This document shows positions 37,481-46,363 of a DNA stretch of 64,000 nucleotides, one piece after another (position 1 is the stretch's first letter; each line of letters opens with the position of its first letter). The position numbers and the translations under genes are program-made. This DNA comes from Candidatus Limnocylindrales bacterium. GTDB lineage: Bacteria; Chloroflexota; Limnocylindria; Limnocylindrales; CSP1-4. Location: contig JBEKKR010000006.1 in the NCBI GenBank assembly GCA_050010635.1, positions 35,321 through 99,320 of the forward strand, read 5' to 3'. The notes beneath the pieces were generated by a model. The model did no database searches, had not been told where the DNA came from, and saw nothing but the letters and a program-made list of their open reading frames with translations.

Positions 37481-37762
37481 GTCTATCTATCTTCTCTTTC
37501 CGTCATCACCGTAATAATGGTGTGGAGAGTGTGGGTTCGCCGCAAGGCCACGCTCGAATCTTGTGTGGAGTAGCCGGGTGTGACGGTGGACCGGCAGGCC
37601 ACCTCGGGGGATCGACGGGTAGCTCGTCGGTGCACAACTTCGTGGCTGGGGCGCGATGACAGCGTCCCGGGCGTTCGGAGGTCCACCACCGAGCGTGCTA
37701 TTCAAGCCGATCTTCTCCACACCGCCCCCCAGTTCTCCACCGATTCGGCCCGCTTATCCACG
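37481..37762. other. candidate oriC: DnaA-box cluster plus AT-rich element
   Basis: An AT-rich stretch runs from 37481 to 37520 (GTCTATCTATCTTCTCTTTCCGTCATCACCGTAATAATGG). Boxes in one orientation: TGTGGAGAG at 37521-37529 and TGTGGAGTA at 37564-37572. Boxes in the opposite orientation: TTCTCCACA at 37713-37721, TTCTCCACC at 37733-37741 and TTATCCACG at 37754-37762. Each differs from TTATCCACA at 1-2 positions. Confidence 0.5.
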
Positions 37763-38390
37763 ATTCCATGCGGAATCGGCACTAACTGGACGATGTACTC
37801 AAGGTCGTGATTGGCCACCGCGGGCCCTAAACCCGCGCCGTCGTCGAGGGTCTTGAGCCGTATTCTGATCGAGTGAAACCAGCCACGGCCGTTTGCCCTG
37901 CCGCCGCGGTGTTTGGCCGGGCGGGTTTGGGGGTCGTCTTGGGCCCGACGTCCGATCGGCTCACCGCGGAGCTCGTCGAAGCCGCGATGGCCGGCGCGGC
38001 CGACCTGGGCCTCGAAGCCCGCGGCATCCGCCGGGGCGATGACCAGTCGCAGCTGGGCGTTCTGCTCGGCATCGGCTACCCAACCAGTCTCCTGCCGGTC
38101 TTAGCTGAGCCGTCGAGCTGCCCGAGGGTCGTATGGGTAGGCGAGGCTTTGATGCCTCGAGACGCGCTCCGCGCCGGCCACTTTGCGCCGCTCCCGGATC
38201 GTGCTGAACGTGGCTCGCATGCCGGGCGAGTTCGTCGGCATGAGGCTAGTGCTGGCCCTCGCCGTTTCGATTCGTAGCGGGCGAGCACTTCGTCGAGGCG
38301 CCGCTCCGGGATCTCCTCGACGTCGCACGTGATCTCGAGGCGGACGAGGGGCGCCGCCGCCGGATTGCGGCAGCAGGTCAGACCCTCCTC

Positions 38391-38984
38391 GTGACCGAGC
38401 TGTCGCGCTGCGCCGATGCCGGCGCCTCGATCGTCCACATCCATCTGCGTGACGCCGAAGGCCGGCCCTCGCAGGACCCGGAGGTGGCCGCGGAGTTCAT
38501 TCGCGCCGTGCGAGCCGCGGCGCCGCAGATCGTCGTCTGTATCACGACCAGCGGCCGGATCCGTCATGAGCTGGCGGGCAGGGTCAGGGTCGTCGAGCTC
38601 GAAGGCGACGCGAAACCGGAGATGGCCAGCCTGACGCTCGGGTCCCTCAACTTCCCGAAGCAGGCATCGATCAACGCGCCCGAGACGATCCAGGGTCTGG
38701 CTCTTCGGATGCGAGAGTGCGGGGTCGTGCCGGAATGGGAGGTCTTCGACTTCGGCATGCTCGACTACGCCGGCCACCTCCGAGATCGCGGTCTCCTGGG
38801 CGGGCCGGTCTACGCCAACCTCCTGCTCGGCTCGCTCGGCTCGCTGGCCGCCACGCCCCTCAACCTCGCGCTCCTCGTGGAGCGGCCTGTCGCGATCGCC
38901 CGGGCCATGGGCCGCGAACCCGCCACGCCCGACCAGGTCCGCCAACGGCTGGGAATCCCGCTGAGGCCGTCCGCTCCCGCCTGA
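38391..38984 (+). pseudogene. decayed BKACE (3-keto-5-aminohexanoate cleavage enzyme, DUF849) family gene fragment
   Basis: 197 aa with AGASIVHIHLRD (H-x-H zinc ligands), PEMASLTLGSLNF and PEWEVFDFGML. About 30 N-terminal residues are missing. The segment that normally carries the C-terminal RVGLED-type zinc ligand is also absent (LLVER joins directly to PVAIARAMGREPATP). Confidence 0.45.
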
Positions 38985-39045
38985 GCCGCGCGTGAGCGAG
39001 TCCCGCAGCCGCCAACGAAGCATCCGGCCGCCCGAGCGCCGGCTC

Positions 39046-40422
39046 CTAGTCCGAGTAGATCAACTCGCGGACCGCGGCGAGCTCACGTCGCAGCTCGTCG
39101 TTGATACCCATCTCGCGGTTGATCTTGTCGCACGCGTGCAGGACCGTGGAGTGGTCCCGGCCGCCCAGCTCGGCCCCGATGCGGAGCAACGACACGTCCG
39201 TCTCCTCGCGCATCAGGAACATGGCGATCTGGCGCGGGACGACGATTGCCTTGTCGCGCTTCTGGCCCTTCAGCGCCTCGATCTGGACGCCGTAGTAGTC
39301 CGAGACCGCGCGAGTGATCCGCTCCGGGGTGACCTGGCGCTTCTTCGGGTTGTACAGGACGTTCGAGAGCACCGCCTGGGCCAGCTCGATCGTGATCGGC
39401 ACCGCGCCCATGCTGGCGTACGCCACGATCCGGTTCAGCGCACCCTCAAGCTCTCGGATGTTGCTCACGACCTTGCGGGCGATGAACTCCAGGACGTCCG
39501 AGCTGACCGGGACCGCCTGCTCCTCCGCCTTCGCCCGAAGGATCGCGATGCGCGTCTCCAGGTCCGGTGCCGTGAGGTCGGCGATGAGGCCCCACTCGAA
39601 CCGGCTGCGAAGCCGCTCCTCGAGGGTAAGGATCGCCTTGGGCGGCCGGTCCGACGAAAGGACGATCTGCTTGCCGTCCTCGTGGATCGCGTTGAACGTG
39701 TGGAAGAACTCCTCCTGCGTTCGCTCCTTGTCCGCGATGAACTGGATGTCGTCGATCAGGAGCAGGTCTATCCGGCGATAGCGCGCCCGGAAGTCGTCGA
39801 TCTTGCCCTGCTGGATGCTGGTGATGAACTCGTTGGTGAACTTCTCGCTGGTCGCGTAGACGACGCGTTTGCGCGGGAAGCGGGCGATGACCGCGTTGCC
39901 GACGGCATGCATCAGGTGGGTCTTGCCCAGGCCAACGCCGCCGTACAGGAAGAGCGGGTTGTAGGCATGGCCCGGTCGCTCCGCCACCGAGAGGCTGGCG
40001 GCGTGGGCGAGCCTGTTGGCCGATCCGACGATGAAGTTGGCGAAGGTGTAGCGGGGGTTCAGGTTGGTCGAGGCGCCTTCGGGTGCGCCCACGCGCGTCG
40101 GCTCGAGGCGTACCGGCGGCGGCGCCACCTGGGCCGTGGTGCCCGCCGGGGCGCCGTTGGCCCCGTTCGTCTCACCGGCCGGTCTGACGACGAACTCGAC
40201 CTGGACGCTGTACCCGACGATTCGAGCCAGGGTCTGCGAGATCAGCGATCGATAGCGGGTCTCGAGCCAGTCCTTGGCGAAACCGTTGGGCACGGCGATT
40301 CTGAACCGGTTGTCGTCGACGTCGACGAGCGCTGTGTCCCGGAGCCAGGTTTCGAAATTGGCAGGAGACAGGGAGACCTGGAGCTCTCCCAGTGCCGCGC
40401 GCCAGACTTGCTTCGCGTCCAT
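39046..40422 (-). CDS. dnaA: chromosomal replication initiator protein DnaA
   Basis: AAA+ motifs LFLYGGVGLGKTHL and LLIDDIQF are present, with a C-terminal DnaA-box-binding domain (VPRQIAMFLMRE...GGRDHSTVLHA). I trimmed the start to ATG 40422 (MDAKQVW). Confidence 0.95.
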   Translation of the reverse strand: MDAKQVWRAALGELQVSLSPANFETWLRDTALVDVDDNRFRIAVPNGFAKDWLETRYRSLISQTLARIVGYSVQVEFVVRPAGETNGANGAPAGTTAQVAPPPVRLEPTRVGAPEGASTNLNPRYTFANFIVGSANRLAHAASLSVAERPGHAYNPLFLYGGVGLGKTHLMHAVGNAVIARFPRKRVVYATSEKFTNEFITSIQQGKIDDFRARYRRIDLLLIDDIQFIADKERTQEEFFHTFNAIHEDGKQIVLSSDRPPKAILTLEERLRSRFEWGLIADLTAPDLETRIAILRAKAEEQAVPVSSDVLEFIARKVVSNIRELEGALNRIVAYASMGAVPITIELAQAVLSNVLYNPKKRQVTPERITRAVSDYYGVQIEALKGQKRDKAIVVPRQIAMFLMREETDVSLLRIGAELGGRDHSTVLHACDKINREMGINDELRRELAAVRELIYSD

Positions 40423-40733
40423 CGAGGCAGGCTTTGTCCTGAACAAGACTGATATGAATAACCAGGTCCGTGACGGACACCTGGTCCATTTACCGCCTTC
40501 TTGGCGCCGTGAGCCTCCGGCTGCCGGGCTCTCCTCCGGAGCAGTCTGGCAGCTTCTCACGGTTCCTCTGAGCCGATGCCCAGAGTTGTCTGGCGCCGCG
40601 GGCCGACGAAGAATAGCACCGGCCGGACGGTGCGGGCAAGGCTCCGGACCGTAACGAATCGCATACCCCTGGGGAGTATCGGCCGTCAGCCCCTCCGGAG
40701 GGGCCTCGTGAGTCCCCGGAAGTTGTCGTCCGT

Positions 40734-40763
40734 TTGACAGTCTGAGTTACACGTACATATAAT
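40734..40763 (+). promoter_or_regulatory. near-consensus sigma70-type promoter for the rpmH operon
   Basis: TTGACA (40734-40739), an 18-nt spacer, then TATAAT (40758-40763). It lies about 100 nt upstream of the rpmH ATG. Confidence 0.55.
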
Positions 40764-40865
40764 CCGCCGGCAGACGCGCCGAAGCGCTTTCGTGCGCCCG
40801 GCGCGTTCGCGTGCCTTTCGGGGTATCCTGACCCCGAGGCCGAATGGAGAGAGACACACCTTCCG

Positions 40866-41000
40866 ATGAAGCAGACCTTCCAGCCCAAGAAGCGGCATCG
40901 CGCCAAGGAGCACGGCTTCCGCGCCCGGATGAAGACCACCGGGGGACGCCGGGTGTTGGCCGCCCGCCGCGCTCACGGCCGCAAGAAGCTCACGGCCTGA
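40866..41000 (+). CDS. rpmH: 50S ribosomal protein L34
   Basis: Translates to [44 protein letters not shown] (44 aa). It is below the ORF-track length cutoff. Confidence 0.95.
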   Translation: MKQTFQPKKRHRAKEHGFRARMKTTGGRRVLAARRAHGRKKLTA

Positions 41001-41035
41001 CGACGGACCGCGGCCACAACCCGCCGCGGCTGGTG

Positions 41036-41371
41036 ATGCTCTCCAAGCCGGAGGATTTCGCGGCGCTGCAGGGAGAGGGAACCGTCAGGTCTCATTCTCT
41101 GCTGGTGGTTCGGATCCGATGGACCGGTCTCGAGGAGACGCGCTTCGGTATGTCAACCGGACGCAAGCTCGGTGGAGCAGTGGTTCGGAACAGAGTGCGC
41201 AGGCGACTCCGTGAGGCACTAAGGGTGATGGCGCCCTCGTTCCAGCCGGGCTGGGACGTCCTGATCATCGCCCGACCGTCCGTCATCGGCGCGGACTTTC
41301 AGACGCTGGCGGGCGCACTACAAGACCTCCTCCGCCGAGGAGGAGTACTCGGAGGGCGGACCGTCTCGTGA
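41036..41371 (+). CDS. rnpA: ribonuclease P protein component
   Basis: [10 protein letters not shown]...[25 protein letters not shown] is the RnpA pattern. The track ORF's N-terminal 64 codons overlap rpmH in another frame and were removed. GTG 41033 is an alternative start. Confidence 0.85.
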   Translation: MLSKPEDFAALQGEGTVRSHSLLVVRIRWTGLEETRFGMSTGRKLGGAVVRNRVRRRLREALRVMAPSFQPGWDVLIIARPSVIGADFQTLAGALQDLLRRGGVLGGRTVS

Positions 41372-41574
41372 AAACGGTCGGCATCGGGCTAATCAGGCTC
41401 TACCGCCGCCTGTTCGCTTGGCGCCCGTCGGTATGTCGTTATGAGCCCACCTGCTCGGTCTACACCGAACAGGCAATAGCCAAGTACGGTCTGCTTCGAG
41501 GGAGCTGGATGGGAATGCGTCGAATCGCTCGCTGCCACCCGTGGAGTCCCGGTGGCTACGACCCAGTTCGCTGA
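41368..41574 (+). CDS. yidD: membrane protein insertion efficiency factor YidD
   Basis: [34 protein letters not shown]...[12 protein letters not shown] is the family signature. The start overlaps rnpA (GTGA). Confidence 0.9.
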   Translation: MKTVGIGLIRLYRRLFAWRPSVCRYEPTCSVYTEQAIAKYGLLRGSWMGMRRIARCHPWSPGGYDPVR

Positions 41575-41575
41575 C

Positions 41576-42838
41576 ATGAATGCTCTCGGGCGCAAGCCCG
41601 TCGCCAGGACCCGTGCGCGCTGGGCCGCTTTCGGGCTGTTTCTCGCCCTCCTAGCCCTGGCCGTGGTTGCCTGCGGCACGGCTCGTGCCGCGGATTTGAG
41701 CCCCACCGCCCCGGTGATCGCCGCCGCAGCCTCCGCAACGGCCGACGCCGGGAATGCTGTTACGGCAACGTCGCCGTCGCCCAGCCCCACGGCCGAGCCC
41801 CAGCCGATCCGGCCTGCATCACCTGGAGCAGATCCCACCTCCCTCTTCGGCTGGGCCTTCACGCCGATCTTTCAGGGACTCTTCCTGCTGCTCGCCGGGC
41901 TATATGCCCTGACCGGCAACATCATCGTTGCCATCGTGCTGATGACGCTGATGATCAGGCTGGTCACGATCCGCCTGTCGTCACGTCAGATCGTGTCGCA
42001 GAAGCGGATGCAGATCCTGGCACCGGAGCTGCGCGAGCTGACAAAGGAGCTCCAGCGCCGCTACAAGGGCGATCGGATGGCCATCCAGCAGGCCACCCAG
42101 GCCTTCTACAAGGAGCGCGGCGTCAGCCCCACAGCCGGCTGCCTGCCGTCGCTCCTGCAGATGGGCCTCCTGTTCCCGATGTACTGGGTTATTCGGGACG
42201 GACTCACGAACTTCGACCCGAGCGCCATGCTGAGGGTCTTCGGGGTCGACCTCGTGCCGTCCTTGACTTGCCCCAATCCGGACCACGTGGTCAACGGCGT
42301 GGTCAACAAGGCCCTGCCGTGCATCAACACCGTCGTCCTGGGGATCAACGTCGGCCAGCCGCAGGTCCTCTTCAACCTGCCGCTGGTCATCTTCACCCTC
42401 GGCGTGAGCGCCCTGGCTATCACGGCCGGTCTGCTGCAGTTCGTCCAGAGCCGGATGCTCATGCCGCCGGCCGCCGAGAACGATCCGTCGGCGAGCACGC
42501 AGCGCACGATGATGGTCATCTTCCCGTTCTTCTCGGTCATCTACGGCGGGTTCCTTCCCGCTGGGCTGTTCGTGTACTGGATCACGACCTCGGTCTTCTC
42601 GATCGTCCAGCAGTATCTGATCGTTGGGTGGGGCTCGATGTTCCCGCTGTTCGGCTGGAGCCCGGCCTTCGCCCAGAACCACACCCCAAGGTTCCCGGTC
42701 ACCATGCCCGAGCCGGTGGATGCAGGCAAGTCACTGGCGGCAACCCGGCACAAGCCGGAGGAGCGATGGGCATCGGCGGCCTCAACAGTTCGCCCGAATA
42801 CGCACAGGCGCACGGGCCGGCGAGGGAGACGACGCTGA
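41576..42838 (+). CDS. yidC: membrane protein insertase YidC (lipoprotein-type N-terminus)
   Basis: [54 protein letters not shown] is the YidC core. ATG 41576 lies directly after the yidD stop (TGACATG) and gives a signal/lipobox-like [10 protein letters not shown]. The track start GTG 41552 is also possible. Confidence 0.85.
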   Translation: MNALGRKPVARTRARWAAFGLFLALLALAVVACGTARAADLSPTAPVIAAAASATADAGNAVTATSPSPSPTAEPQPIRPASPGADPTSLFGWAFTPIFQGLFLLLAGLYALTGNIIVAIVLMTLMIRLVTIRLSSRQIVSQKRMQILAPELRELTKELQRRYKGDRMAIQQATQAFYKERGVSPTAGCLPSLLQMGLLFPMYWVIRDGLTNFDPSAMLRVFGVDLVPSLTCPNPDHVVNGVVNKALPCINTVVLGINVGQPQVLFNLPLVIFTLGVSALAITAGLLQFVQSRMLMPPAAENDPSASTQRTMMVIFPFFSVIYGGFLPAGLFVYWITTSVFSIVQQYLIVGWGSMFPLFGWSPAFAQNHTPRFPVTMPEPVDAGKSLAATRHKPEERWASAASTVRPNTHRRTGRRGRRR

Positions 42839-42839
42839 C

Positions 42840-43913
42840 ATGACTGCCTATCGCGACGCTTACCGCGAGTTCACCGGCAAGACGGTGGAAGAAGCTCTAC
42901 GCGGGGCCCGAGACGAATTCGGTGTTGGCCTCGACGAGCTCGATTTCGAGATCCTGACCCCGGGCAGCCGGGGCGTCCTCGGCATGGGCGCCGAGCCCGC
43001 CCGGGTCCTCGCAGCTCCCCGGTCGGCGCTTGGCGGCGCCGCGCCGAAGCGAGAGGCCGCTGCCCAGGTTCCGCTTCCGCCCCCGGCTCACGACCGGGAC
43101 GATCGACCCCGCCCGGACCGCGACTTCGGCCACGACCGCGGCCCGCGCCCGGCATGGCGTGACGACCGCGGCCCCTCCGCGGATCGTGGTCCGCGCCCCG
43201 GCGGCGATCGTGACCGCGGCCCGCGCCCCGGTGGCGACCGCGGCCCGCGCCCCGGTGGCGGACATTTCGACCGTGACCGCGGGCCTCGCCCGGGTGGCGA
43301 CCGCGGCCCGCGCCCCGGTGGCGACCGCGGCCCGAGGCACGAAGGCGGAGCCCGCCCCCAGGCCGGCCTGACGGCCAAGGAGCTGGCAGAGGTCGCGGCC
43401 GCCCGAGGGACGCCGCATGCCGAGCGCCAGGAGTCGGCCGAGGTCACGCCCGAGGCCATGGCAGCGGCCAAGGAGATCCTCGAGCAGGTGATGGCCAAGC
43501 TCGAGTTCAACGTCCGCGTCGAGATCGCCGCCGGCGAGACGAACCGGCTGAACGTGGTCGGTGAGGGCGACGAGAAGGAAGCGCTGGGCGCCCTGATCGG
43601 ACGAAAGGGCGAGCGCCTCTCCGCGCTGCAGCACCTCGTCAACCTGCTGCTCTCCAAGCGAGTCGGCGAGTGGACGCGCATCCTCGTCGATGTCGAGGAC
43701 TATCGCGGCCGCCGCGAGCGCCAGCTCCGCGACCTGGCCAACCGCGCCGCCGAGCGCGTGATCGAGACCGGCAAGATGCTCCAGCTCGAGCCGATGCCGG
43801 CTCTCGAGCGGCGCTGGATCCATCTTGCCCTGCGCGATCACGATCGCGTCGCCACTCAATCGATCGGCGAGGAGCCCAACCGACGCGTGGTCGTGCTTCC
43901 CCGCGAGATCTGA
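42840..43913 (+). CDS. jag: Jag/KhpB-type RNA-binding protein (Jag_N, KH, R3H)
   Basis: The Jag N-terminus is present ([19 protein letters not shown]), with a KH-like [18 protein letters not shown] and an R3H-like [33 protein letters not shown] 42840 follows the yidC stop with the same TGACATG junction. Confidence 0.85.
   Translation: MTAYRDAYREFTGKTVEEALRGARDEFGVGLDELDFEILTPGSRGVLGMGAEPARVLAAPRSALGGAAPKREAAAQVPLPPPAHDRDDRPRPDRDFGHDRGPRPAWRDDRGPSADRGPRPGGDRDRGPRPGGDRGPRPGGGHFDRDRGPRPGGDRGPRPGGDRGPRHEGGARPQAGLTAKELAEVAAARGTPHAERQESAEVTPEAMAAAKEILEQVMAKLEFNVRVEIAAGETNRLNVVGEGDEKEALGALIGRKGERLSALQHLVNLLLSKRVGEWTRILVDVEDYRGRRERQLRDLANRAAERVIETGKMLQLEPMPALERRWIHLALRDHDRVATQSIGEEPNRRVVVLPREI
43092..43346 (+). 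repeat. in-frame tandem 24-nt-type repeats (DRGPRPGG units) in the jag linker
   Basis: Reiterated GACCGCGGCCCGCGCCCCGGTGGC-like units encode DRGPRPGG several times between the Jag_N and KH domains. Confidence 0.8.
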
Positions 43914-43927
43914 ACCATATGATCGGC

Positions 43928-43947
43928 CGGCGAGTGGCATCGCCGGA
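43928..43947 (+). terminator. stem-loop after jag (terminator candidate, no U-tract)
   Basis: CCGGCGA-GTGGCA-TCGCCGG, 15 nt after the jag stop. Confidence 0.3.
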
Positions 43948-44147
43948 TCAGACGGGCTGTTTGGTCCCAATCACCGCTTTTGGATGACAGGCCGTACCAT
44001 TCTGCTCAACTATCTGGGCGAGCAGCGTAACGAGGCGTCACGCATGCGCGTCTATCGCGCGATCGATGCCGAAGCCTCGGTCGGTCTGCCCATGCCGCTA
44101 GTTGCCGAAGCGTCAATTCCCGGCCGGCGCGGTAGAAAAGGAAAGTC

Positions 44148-46268
44148 ATGACCACGGACTCATTCGAGCCCAAGGAGCAGAGCAAGGGCTCCGTTCCTGC
44201 CGTCGCTCCGCGATCTCCCCGCGCGGCACCGAGGCCAACCTCAGCTGAGCCGGTGGAAGACGAGATCGCCTATTCGGAGCCGGTGCGAACCTCCCGGACC
44301 CGCCATCCGCGACCGGAGGTCCCGGTTTACACGCCGCCTCAGGAAGACTCGGCCTACTCGCTGCGCGACCTCCGCATCGTCGGCTTCCTGGCGGCATTCG
44401 CGGTCGGCGCCGTTGCGACGCTTTTCCTTTTCACGGCCCTCGCCTTCGGCTTCGCGGGCAGCTACGCCAACCGCGTCCTGCCCGGCGTCCACGCCGGTTC
44501 GGTGGACCTCTCCGGTCTCACGCGCGACGAGGCCATCGCCAAGCTGCAGGCGGGCTACGCCCATCTGAGCCGTGGCGAGGTGACGGTCACGACGCCCGTC
44601 GGCGTGGCGACGATCACCTACCAGCAGGCCGGTCGCGGACCGGACGTCGAGGTGATGGCTGACGCGGCATTGTCCATCGGCCACTCCGGCAACCCCATCG
44701 CGGATGCCTCCAGCGTGATCCACTCGGCGGCCTTCGGGCAGGATATCCCGGTCGTCATCGCCGTCGATCCCACGGCTCTTGCCCTGCGCATCCACGACCT
44801 CGTCGGCACGAGCTCGGTCGCGCCGCTGGACGCTCAGGCCACCGCGAAGGGCGGCTCCTTCACCTTCGTGCCGGCGTCGCCCGGTAGCGGCATCGACGAA
44901 AAGGCAATCGGGGCCGCCATCATCGACCAGCTCACGGAGACCGCCGCCCCGGCGGACCTACAGGCCGGCGGTGCGTTCGTCTCGCTCTCGCCTCAGGTCA
45001 CGGACAGGGCCGCACAGGATGCCATCGCCCGTGCCCAGAAGATGGTCGTCGACGTCAACCTGACGTGGAAGGTTCCGCCCGCCGGGGCTCCTGCCTCGTG
45101 GAAGCCTCAAAGCTGGAAGATCAGCGCGGCGCTGATCCGCAGCTGGATAGTGTTCGGCGTTCGCGATGACGGCACCTATGCGCCGGCCGTGGACCCGGCC
45201 CAGGTGGCGGCTTATCTGTCGGGCATCACCGCGAAGGCAAGCATTGCCCCGAAGCCGCCCAAGATCGACTTCCCCGCCCCCGGCAACCCGGTCCTCACGA
45301 CTCCAGGCGTAGACGGCGTCGGCGTTGACCTGGATGGGACCACCACGGCCGTCGCGGCATACCTGGACTCCCTCGCCTCCGGCGGAGCTACCCAGCCGAG
45401 CGTGGAGGTCGTCGCGGGCCCGATCCACCCGGAGCTCGCCAGCGTCGACACCTCCGGGATGGTGGTCATCGGCCAGCAGACGATCTTCTTCTTCCCCGGA
45501 GAGAGCAACGGGTTCGGCGCCAACATCCGCGTGCCGGCCCTCAACCTGGAGGGCCAGGTCGTGGCTCCCGGGGCACAGTTCAGCTTCCTCCGGGCGGTCG
45601 GCCCCATCGACGCGGCACACGGTTTCGCCATGGGTGGGGTCATCCTCCACGGCAAGAGCGATCACACCGGGGCGATGGGCGGCGGCATTTGCTCCGCCTC
45701 CACGACGATGTTCGACGCAGCCGCCAACGCGGGCCTTCAGATCGACGAGCGGCACGCTCACTTCTACTACATCGATCGGTACCCGATCGGCAAGGACGCC
45801 ACGGTTTACTCCAACGGCACGAGCACCTGGGACCTCCGCTGGACCAACGACACGCCCTACCCGATCATCATCAGGTCCTGGACCACCCGCGGCTCCCAGA
45901 GTTCGATGGTGGTCCAGCTGTGGAGCAAGCCGCTGAACCGTAAGGTGGTCTGGCCGACCGGGGTCAAGAAGAATATCGTGCCGGCCACCGACGACCCGAT
46001 TCGCTACGTCCGGACTCTGAAGCCGGGGCAGACATACCGAGCGGAGTATCCCGATGACGGGTTCGAGACCTCCACCACTCGGACCGTGACCGACGCCGCC
46101 GGCAACGTGATTCACAAGGACACGTGGCTCTCTATCTACGGCGTAGTCAACGGCCAGCTTCAGATCGGCATCACGCCGACGCCGGGTCCGGCAACGCCGA
46201 CGCCCTCGGCTCTCCCCTCGGTCATACCCTCGCCGGCGCCAAGTGCGCGGCGTCGCAAGTTCAAGTAG
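44148..46268 (+). CDS. VanW-family protein with N-terminal membrane anchor (paralogue 1)
   Basis: TM helix IVGFLAAFAVGAVATLFLFTALAF. The VanW core is FSFLRAVGPIDAAHGFAMGGVILHGKSDHTGAMGGGICSASTTMFDAAANAGLQIDERHAHFYYIDRYPIGKDATV. The C-terminal tail is Pro/Thr-rich. Confidence 0.85.
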   Translation: MTTDSFEPKEQSKGSVPAVAPRSPRAAPRPTSAEPVEDEIAYSEPVRTSRTRHPRPEVPVYTPPQEDSAYSLRDLRIVGFLAAFAVGAVATLFLFTALAFGFAGSYANRVLPGVHAGSVDLSGLTRDEAIAKLQAGYAHLSRGEVTVTTPVGVATITYQQAGRGPDVEVMADAALSIGHSGNPIADASSVIHSAAFGQDIPVVIAVDPTALALRIHDLVGTSSVAPLDAQATAKGGSFTFVPASPGSGIDEKAIGAAIIDQLTETAAPADLQAGGAFVSLSPQVTDRAAQDAIARAQKMVVDVNLTWKVPPAGAPASWKPQSWKISAALIRSWIVFGVRDDGTYAPAVDPAQVAAYLSGITAKASIAPKPPKIDFPAPGNPVLTTPGVDGVGVDLDGTTTAVAAYLDSLASGGATQPSVEVVAGPIHPELASVDTSGMVVIGQQTIFFFPGESNGFGANIRVPALNLEGQVVAPGAQFSFLRAVGPIDAAHGFAMGGVILHGKSDHTGAMGGGICSASTTMFDAAANAGLQIDERHAHFYYIDRYPIGKDATVYSNGTSTWDLRWTNDTPYPIIIRSWTTRGSQSSMVVQLWSKPLNRKVVWPTGVKKNIVPATDDPIRYVRTLKPGQTYRAEYPDDGFETSTTRTVTDAAGNVIHKDTWLSIYGVVNGQLQIGITPTPGPATPTPSALPSVIPSPAPSARRRKFK

Positions 46269-46296
46269 GGCGCGGCCCCGGACAAGGTTCATCGGC

Positions 46297-46330
46297 AAGA
46301 GCCGGCGCATCGCGCCGGCTCTTCTGTTTA
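46297..46330. terminator. strong GC stem-loop between convergent vanW1 and the MFS gene
   Basis: AAGAGCCGGCGC-ATC-GCGCCGGCTCTT is a perfect 12-bp stem. It is followed by CTGTTTA on the plus strand. Confidence 0.6.
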
Positions 46331-46363
46331 CGCGTGGGCCGAGAGTTGCTGAGGCGACGATCG

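Noticed and set aside
37873-38277. 134-aa plus-strand ORF, and the overlapping minus-strand ORF 38076-39023, in the dnaA-dnaN spacer
   Set aside because: No recognisable family, no convincing Shine-Dalgarno, and the two ORFs mutually overlap. I treated them as possible decayed sequence rather than calling a CDS.
40423-40733. dnaA-rpmH spacer as the replication origin
   Set aside because: Only weak box-like sequences are present (for example TTATTCATA and scattered TTGTC). There is an imperfect hairpin near the dnaA start. The DnaA-box cluster upstream of dnaN is much more convincing.
43092-43346. Short GC-rich tandem repeats as a possible CRISPR or minisatellite array (also 51925-52026 and about 53155-53240)
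   Set aside because: All are in-frame, have no unique spacers and encode low-complexity protein linkers. They are not CRISPR arrays.
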